Source: Candidatus Omnitrophota bacterium (GTDB lineage: Bacteria; Omnitrophota; Gorgyraeia; Tantalellales; Tantalellaceae). Taken from it: a DNA stretch of 64,000 nucleotides. Where the stretch lies: the NCBI GenBank assembly GCA_035403965.1, contig DAONGE010000002.1:466-64465 (forward strand). Direction: 5' to 3'. The position numbers were made by a program, and so were the translations under genes. Positions 58,595-64,000 of this stretch are shown piece after piece. Numbering within the stretch: position 1 is the stretch's first letter; the number at the start of each line of letters is the position of its first letter. The notes below the pieces were generated by a model, which saw only the letters and a list, made by a program, of their open reading frames with translations, did no database searches and had not been told where the DNA came from.

Positions 58595-59503
58595 ATGAGG
58601 AGAAAAAATTCAGTTAAAGCGTTAAAGATCGCAACATTCCTTAAGGCCAAGCTTTTCGGCAAGGACGTTGATATAAAAAAAGTAGCGTCGATAGGCGACT
58701 TGGAAGAAGGGGCATTGTGCTTTGTACGTAAATTCGATGAGCGTTATGTAGATGCGCTGAAAAAGTGCGGCAAATGTTTTGTTGTCTGTACCGATGAATA
58801 TAAAGGGAAAATAAATTGCTCCTATGTGGTTTCGGATGATCCCGGACTTGATTTTTCCAGGGCTGTAAAGAAATTTTTTTACGAACAAGATAAAAAAGGG
58901 GTAATAAATAAAAAAGCGGATATTGATAAAAAGGCCAGTATCGGTAAAGGCGTGGGTATTGGGGCGTACAGCGTGATCGGTCCGGAAGTCAAGATCGGCG
59001 ACGACACTGTGATACACGAAAATGTGGTTATCAAAGGCCGGGTAGTTATAGGTAAAGGGTGCACAATAAAGTCCGGTGCGGTTATCGGAGAAGAGGGTTT
59101 TGGTTTTGAATATGATGAATTCGGGTCGCCCGAGCATTTTACGCACATCGGAGGGATACAGATAGGAGACAATGTCTGGATAGGGGCGGGATCGACGATA
59201 GAGATAGCGCATATAGATAGTACTGTGATAAAGGATAATGTAAAAATAGACGATCTGGTACAGGTGGGACATAATTGTCTGCTCGGTAAAAACAGCATAG
59301 TTGCCGCCGGTACTATTATCTGTGGCGCGGTTACTGTCGGGGAAAATTGCTGGGTAGCTCCGAATTGCAGTATAAAAGAGAAGCTAAAAATAGGTGACGG
59401 ATCTCTTGTAGGATTGGGCTCGGTCGTTATAAACGATGTTCAGGAAAAAACGGTAGTCGCCGGAAATCCGGCTAAGATCCTGAGAACAATAGATAAAAGG
59501 TGA
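58595..59503 (+). CDS. LpxD-like hexapeptide-repeat N-acyltransferase (acyl-ACP-dependent family)
   Basis: 302 aa; LpxD-like N-terminal domain then a long left-handed beta-helix of [LIV]GxxxxI repeats. Confidence 0.7.
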   Translation: MRRKNSVKALKIATFLKAKLFGKDVDIKKVASIGDLEEGALCFVRKFDERYVDALKKCGKCFVVCTDEYKGKINCSYVVSDDPGLDFSRAVKKFFYEQDKKGVINKKADIDKKASIGKGVGIGAYSVIGPEVKIGDDTVIHENVVIKGRVVIGKGCTIKSGAVIGEEGFGFEYDEFGSPEHFTHIGGIQIGDNVWIGAGSTIEIAHIDSTVIKDNVKIDDLVQVGHNCLLGKNSIVAAGTIICGAVTVGENCWVAPNCSIKEKLKIGDGSLVGLGSVVINDVQEKTVVAGNPAKILRTIDKR

Positions 59504-59507
59504 TATT

Positions 59508-60632
59508 ATGCAGAAAAAAACGCAGGGAAAAGAAATTATATCGGATTTTTTAAAAGAAAAAATGAGCAAAATCGCCGATAAATACGGCAGGGACTCTAGG
59601 GAATATAAGGGCTTGGCATTACAGTATGTGTTCGATCCGCGGGAAGAAATAAGCGATTATAAGACGGAGCGGCGCAGACATTACGAGGCGGATATCGAGA
59701 AGGACTCAGAGGGTCACGTCCTTAAAGGCGTTGAGCGACTGTATCGGAGGGCGGCGGTGATCGAGCTTACGACCGCCTGTTTTGCGCGATGCAGGTGGTG
59801 TCTTAGGGCGAATTATAATCCTTTCACGCTCTCGGAAGATGAGATAGTTCTTGCCGCTAAGTATTTTGGCAATAAGGCAAACCGGGAAAATCTTCGGGAA
59901 ATACTGATCACCGGCGGGGATCCTCTGGCGGCGCCGGGGCTTCTGAATATCGCGATAAACGCGATAATGAAACATGCGCCCAATATAGAAATAATCCGAA
60001 TAGGAACGCGGCTCCCTGTACATAAACCATCGGCTGTTTTCAGCGATGATACCAAAAAAGTATTACGTAAAAGAGAAGGGATCAGGCTTGAGATCGGAAC
60101 GCAAATAAATCATCCGATTGAATTGTTTAAAGAATCTCAGGATGCGTATAAGTATCTGTTGGATTCTGTATCGAAGATATACAATCAGCAGGTTCTTCTT
60201 AAGGACGTTAATGATGATATTGATACGTTAGCGGCGCTTTATGACAGTCTGCGCCGGCTTAATATCGAGTCTCACTATATGTTCCATTGCGTTCCGATAA
60301 GGGGGATGCGCCATCACAGAACTACTATCGCAAAGGGGCTGGAATTAATAAAAAAGCTTACGTCTTCAGGTTGTATTTCAGGACGGAGTAAACCGATGTA
60401 TACGGCCATGACCGATATCGGCAAGATCACTTTTTATGAGAATACTATAATAGAGAAAAGAGCGGATCTTGTTTTGCTGCAAAGTTCTTATAAAAAAGAA
60501 GAAAGATTGAAGTGGAATCCGCTTTGGAAAATGCCGGAGTCTTGTGAAGTGGATGATGGCGGGTACTTGAGGGTATGGTACAAAGACGCTGAAATGCACA
60601 ATAAAGGATGGAGAGCGCCATATGCGCTTTGA
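59508..60632 (+). CDS. KamA-family radical SAM aminomutase (lysine/glutamate 2,3-aminomutase-like)
   Basis: 374 aa; CFARCRWC (Cx3Cx2C in the KamA-type context), TGGDPL motif, KamA-like length. Confidence 0.7.
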   Translation: MQKKTQGKEIISDFLKEKMSKIADKYGRDSREYKGLALQYVFDPREEISDYKTERRRHYEADIEKDSEGHVLKGVERLYRRAAVIELTTACFARCRWCLRANYNPFTLSEDEIVLAAKYFGNKANRENLREILITGGDPLAAPGLLNIAINAIMKHAPNIEIIRIGTRLPVHKPSAVFSDDTKKVLRKREGIRLEIGTQINHPIELFKESQDAYKYLLDSVSKIYNQQVLLKDVNDDIDTLAALYDSLRRLNIESHYMFHCVPIRGMRHHRTTIAKGLELIKKLTSSGCISGRSKPMYTAMTDIGKITFYENTIIEKRADLVLLQSSYKKEERLKWNPLWKMPESCEVDDGGYLRVWYKDAEMHNKGWRAPYAL

Positions 60633-60642
60633 GGGGAAAGGA

Positions 60643-61695
60643 ATGAAAAACTTTCGTGTTGGGAATAAGTCTGTCGGGGAAGACGCCCCAGCTTTTATTA
60701 TTGCCGAAATATCCGCTAATCACGGACAGGATTTTGACAGGGCCGTTCGGACGATCGCGGCGGCCGCCGAGTGTGGGGTAGATGCGGTAAAATTCCAGAC
60801 ATATACGCCGGACACGATCACGATGAAGTCTAATGATAAAAGTTTTAGGATAGATGAAAAACTTTGGAGAGGGAAGACGTTGTATGATCTTTACAAAGAG
60901 GCCTATACGCCGTGGCATTGGTTCAAAAAACTGAAACGTGCGGCGGAAGACCACGGATTGGTATTTTTCTCCACGGCTTTTGACAGAACCGCTGTGGATC
61001 TTTTGGAAGAGATCGATGTCCCGGCGCATAAAATTGCCTCGTTCGAGCTGGTGGACATACCGCTCATAGAATACGCGGCGGGTACCGGGAAACCGTTATT
61101 CATGTCGACAGGGATGGCATCGATACGTGAAGTGTCAGATGCCGTGCAGGCGGCCAAAAGGTCCGGCACCAAAAAGATATGTTTATTGAAATGCGTGAGC
61201 GGATATCCGGCCAGGCCGGAGGATTTCAATCTCAACACGATACCTGACATGGGGAAGCGGTTCGGCGCTGTGACGGGTTTATCCGACCACAGTCTAGGGA
61301 CAGTCGTTTCCGTGGCCAGTATACCTTTGGGCGCGAAGGTGGTAGAGAAGCATTTTACATTGTCGAGGAAGCTGAGAACGCCAGATAATTTCTTTTCGCT
61401 TGAACCGGCCGAGATGAAGAGTCTTGTGGAAAATGTCCGTTCCGTTGAGGCAAGTCTTGGCCGTGTTAAATATGGCTGTTCGTCCGAAGAAGAAAAGAAG
61501 AACATAAAATATAGAAGATCTCTTTTTGCCTCAGCGGACATAAAAAAAGGAGAGGCCTTTACAGAAGAGAATGTAAGATCCATTAGACCGGCAGGAGGTC
61601 TTGCACCCAAATATATGCGTAGTGTGATCGGAAAAAAAACTCGAATAGAGATCAAAAAAGGCACCCCGATAACATGGGGCGCTGTACAAAGGTAG
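60643..61695 (+). CDS. pseI: Pseudaminic acid synthase PseI (NeuB family)
   Basis: 350 aa from ATG 60643 (GAGGGGAAAGGA RBS); FIIAEISANHGQDFDRA...GVDAVKFQTY; C-terminal SAF domain; sits in the pseB/C/F/G cluster. Confidence 0.8.
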   Translation: MKNFRVGNKSVGEDAPAFIIAEISANHGQDFDRAVRTIAAAAECGVDAVKFQTYTPDTITMKSNDKSFRIDEKLWRGKTLYDLYKEAYTPWHWFKKLKRAAEDHGLVFFSTAFDRTAVDLLEEIDVPAHKIASFELVDIPLIEYAAGTGKPLFMSTGMASIREVSDAVQAAKRSGTKKICLLKCVSGYPARPEDFNLNTIPDMGKRFGAVTGLSDHSLGTVVSVASIPLGAKVVEKHFTLSRKLRTPDNFFSLEPAEMKSLVENVRSVEASLGRVKYGCSSEEEKKNIKYRRSLFASADIKKGEAFTEENVRSIRPAGGLAPKYMRSVIGKKTRIEIKKGTPITWGAVQR

Positions 61696-61699
61696 TGAT

Positions 61700-63535
61700 A
61701 TGGAGAAAGCTCCGGATGAACGAGTAAAAAAGACCCTGATCTTACAGGCGCCCGGGCGGGGGATCCTCCCGGGAGAGGGCCCGATATATCTGGGGCCATG
61801 GTGTTGCTTGGACAGGGACCGTGCGCTTGCGGGATCCGGTGCGATAACGGTATCTATACCCGGATATACTACGGATGATCTTTTGAAGAACGCGGAAATA
61901 TGCGAAAAGGCATACACCCATATGCTCGGCGTCCTGACGTCAACGCTTAATGGCATGCACGGTGTGAAAAAGAGTGCTGCATACTGGTCTGTTATGCTCA
62001 ATCCGTGGCTTATGTTCCACATCAATATGATGCATGAACGGTACGTCAGGATACGGGCGGCTCTGGAGAAGTACGGGAAAGATCTTTTTTTTGATCCTCT
62101 CCCGGAAATAAAATACTGTGCACCGGCCGATAACTATGAGTTCCTTGATACACGCGTGGGCAGCGAGGATTACAATCTGTGTTTATCGTCCGTTATCCTT
62201 TCTTTGCTGATCCCCGGCAGCGCAAAGGAGATCGCTGCGGACGATAAAGGTAACCCCGGGATCAGGGGTAAAAGCGCGGCAGTTTCGTTAAGATCCATGA
62301 TAAAAAAAACCGTGTTGACATTACAGCAAAGACTGCGTGGACAAAGCGATATCGCGATGATAGATATGTTACACATGGATTTCGGGGATATGACGAAGTT
62401 CAATACGCTCATGGGGGGCGTATGTTCGCTTGACCATATTTTCGGATCGGGGCGGCGCGCCATGCCGGCGCACGATATAAAGATGCGGTCCTGTCTTGAA
62501 TTCAAGGATCGGGATGAAGACGTTTTTACGGAGTCAGTCAAAAAGAGCATCAGGTTCACTATGCCGCGTTGTTGCGTGGAAGGGTATGCGGATACGGCCG
62601 GCCAGGTATCCAACATACGTCGTAAGCCGCCCAAGATGATACTTTCGGATACTGGCTGGTACTTTAACGAAATTTTCAAGTGTTACGCCGCCGAGATGCA
62701 GGAAAAGGGAGTAAAGCTCGTTGGCGTGCAGCACGGTGGGAATTACGGGTTCAGCCTTTATCACAGTGTGTTCGCTTTCGAAAAAGAGAATAAATATAAA
62801 TTCATAAGCTGGGGATGGGGGCAGGGCAGAGAGAACACCAAAGACCTGCCGGACCCGGCCCTTTCCGCTATCGGGCAGGTATCGGCGAAGAAGAACGGTA
62901 CGGTGCTTTATGTGTCGTTCAATGATCATGTGTATCCGTACTCTTTGTCCGGGTACCCGGGCGCCGACGGCATGGAAAAATATTTTGACGATCAAATGTT
63001 TTTTCTGGGGATGCTCGGGGATGATATGAAAAGGAAAGTGCGTTATCGTGCCGCCCGCTGTGATCACGGGAGGGGGATCCTCGCAAGGGTAAAGGCAGTG
63101 TCAGACCTTATCGGTTTTGCCGGAGAAGAGAAATGCACCCGCCTGATGGGCCGCGCGAGTATAGTCGTTGTGGATCACCCGATGACCGCGTTCATAGAAG
63201 CGCTGGTGATGAATGTGCCGCTACTTCTTTTTTGGGATAGGACGCTATGGAGGATGAACGAAGAAGCGAAAAGATATTTTGACGGGTTTAGGAAAGCCGG
63301 TGTTCTTTTTGACGGCCCTGCCGCGGCGGCCTCGCAGCTTAAAGAAGTATATGACGATCCCGCGTCATGGTGGGAAAGGAAAGAGATACAGGAACACAGA
63401 GAGAGGTTCGTTAATAGATACGGCCAGAATAACAGGGAATGGGCGGCCATATGGGTCCGGGAACTGAAAGCGCTGTGCCCGGGCACGGACGCAAACAGAG
63501 GAGGGACAGGATTTGTCGGTAATAAAATTTTTTAG
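61700..63535 (+). CDS. Large hypothetical protein (611 aa); candidate nonulosonic-acid/glycosyl transferase
   Basis: No motif I can assign by eye; soluble; terminal position in the Pse module directly before an ABC exporter. Confidence 0.5.
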   Translation: MEKAPDERVKKTLILQAPGRGILPGEGPIYLGPWCCLDRDRALAGSGAITVSIPGYTTDDLLKNAEICEKAYTHMLGVLTSTLNGMHGVKKSAAYWSVMLNPWLMFHINMMHERYVRIRAALEKYGKDLFFDPLPEIKYCAPADNYEFLDTRVGSEDYNLCLSSVILSLLIPGSAKEIAADDKGNPGIRGKSAAVSLRSMIKKTVLTLQQRLRGQSDIAMIDMLHMDFGDMTKFNTLMGGVCSLDHIFGSGRRAMPAHDIKMRSCLEFKDRDEDVFTESVKKSIRFTMPRCCVEGYADTAGQVSNIRRKPPKMILSDTGWYFNEIFKCYAAEMQEKGVKLVGVQHGGNYGFSLYHSVFAFEKENKYKFISWGWGQGRENTKDLPDPALSAIGQVSAKKNGTVLYVSFNDHVYPYSLSGYPGADGMEKYFDDQMFFLGMLGDDMKRKVRYRAARCDHGRGILARVKAVSDLIGFAGEEKCTRLMGRASIVVVDHPMTAFIEALVMNVPLLLFWDRTLWRMNEEAKRYFDGFRKAGVLFDGPAAAASQLKEVYDDPASWWERKEIQEHRERFVNRYGQNNREWAAIWVRELKALCPGTDANRGGTGFVGNKIF

Positions 63536-64000
63536 ACAGATATTCGCGAAGGCACCGTTCCGGATCGTCCAATTGATATTTTTCATGATCGTTGCCGGAG
63601 CGCTGGAGGGTATCGGGTTTACGGTGTTCATCCCTCTTGTTAAAGCCGTGACTTCACCCGGAGATACGGCCCGATCCGGCGGGGAGATACTTCCGGACTG
63701 GGTGTTCTCATGCCTTGGGCCGAATAACAGGCTATTCGTGATACTTGCTTTTCTAATCGCCGTTATCGCGTTCAAGAACATATTCACGTATTTTCAGAGG
63801 ATATGCACGGCGAAGATCAGCGTGGATTTCGAAGTGGACCTTAAAAAAGATATTTCCGCGTCTGTTTTGGCCTCGGACTGGAGGTTCTACTTGGACCAGA
63901 AGTCCGGAACGATAATGAACGCGCTGGGGCAGGGTTCCAAAATAGCCGCCATGGGTTTTCAAGTAGTGTCGCTTTTCTGCGCGGAGGTAGTCAATGTTAT
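63513..64000 (+). CDS. ABC exporter, N-terminal transmembrane domain (MsbA-like; partial, runs off the window; TTG or downstream ATG start)
   Basis: Open frame from TTG 63513 (not in the ORF track); hydrophobic TM helices with short loops typical of type I ABC exporter TMDs (FRIVQLIFFMIVAGALEGIGFTVFIPLV...). Confidence 0.5.
   Translation, partial: MSVIKFFRQIFAKAPFRIVQLIFFMIVAGALEGIGFTVFIPLVKAVTSPGDTARSGGEILPDWVFSCLGPNNRLFVILAFLIAVIAFKNIFTYFQRICTAKISVDFEVDLKKDISASVLASDWRFYLDQKSGTIMNALGQGSKIAAMGFQVVSLFCAEVVNV

Noticed and set aside
1-64000. CRISPR arrays, tRNA or rRNA genes
   Set aside because: No repeat-spacer periodicity, no cloverleaf-compatible intergenic segment and no rRNA-like conserved stretches were seen. 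Intergenic regions are too short apart from 7586-7739, 14005-14115 and 34203-34332, which look like promoters.

Overview
All protein-coding genes in this 64-kb window lie on the + strand. The sequence appears bacterial and diderm, with an LptD homologue, moderately AT-rich, and tightly packed with many ATGA/overlapping start-stop junctions. Three parts can be distinguished. (1) 1-14 kb is housekeeping: the hrcA-grpE-dnaK-dnaJ heat-shock operon, an FmdB zinc-ribbon protein, VanZ-like and DUF1015 proteins, accD, an orphan MalK/UgpC-type ABC ATPase, two tandem membrane GAF-GGDEF diguanylate cyclases and an LptD-like LPS-assembly protein. (2) 14.1-33.9 kb is a nucleotide-sugar/lipid-linked glycosylation module. 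It encodes Ugd, a second NDP-sugar dehydrogenase, a NodU/CmcH carbamoyltransferase with its SxtJ-like and DUF5989 partner genes, a UDP-glucuronate decarboxylase, Gmd, two DegT aminotransferases, an FdtA-like cupin, two polyprenyl-phosphate-sugar-synthase-type GT2s and five consecutive polytopic GT-C-like membrane proteins (GT39/ArnT-like, YfhO-like, Wzy/ligase-like). It ends in a truncated SGNH-hydrolase remnant. (3) 34.3-63.5 kb starts at a near-consensus sigma70 promoter and is a large nonulosonic-acid locus. It appears to carry both a legionaminic-acid-type branch (PtmE-like CBS-NTP-transferase, LegB-like 4,6-dehydratase, DegT aminotransferase, hexapeptide acetyltransferase, NeuC-like hydrolysing 2-epimerase, NeuB-like synthase, CMP-transferase) and a pseudaminic-acid branch (PseB, PseC, PseF, PseG, PseI). 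Between these genes sit unusual tailoring enzymes: two B12-binding radical SAM enzymes, a SPASM-type radical SAM, a lysine-2,3-aminomutase-like radical SAM, an ACP with a DltA-like adenylating enzyme, a PaaK-like ligase, an LpxD-like acyl-ACP-type N-acyltransferase, a PIG-L deacetylase, a methyltransferase, an AKR, an SDR and several unknown proteins. A partial MsbA-like ABC exporter follows. This third part is the best candidate for a previously undescribed system. I read it as a pathway for a heavily modified legionaminic/pseudaminic acid, probably carrying an aminoacyl or hydroxyacyl group and C-methyl groups. No rRNA, tRNA, CRISPR or clear mobile element was found.
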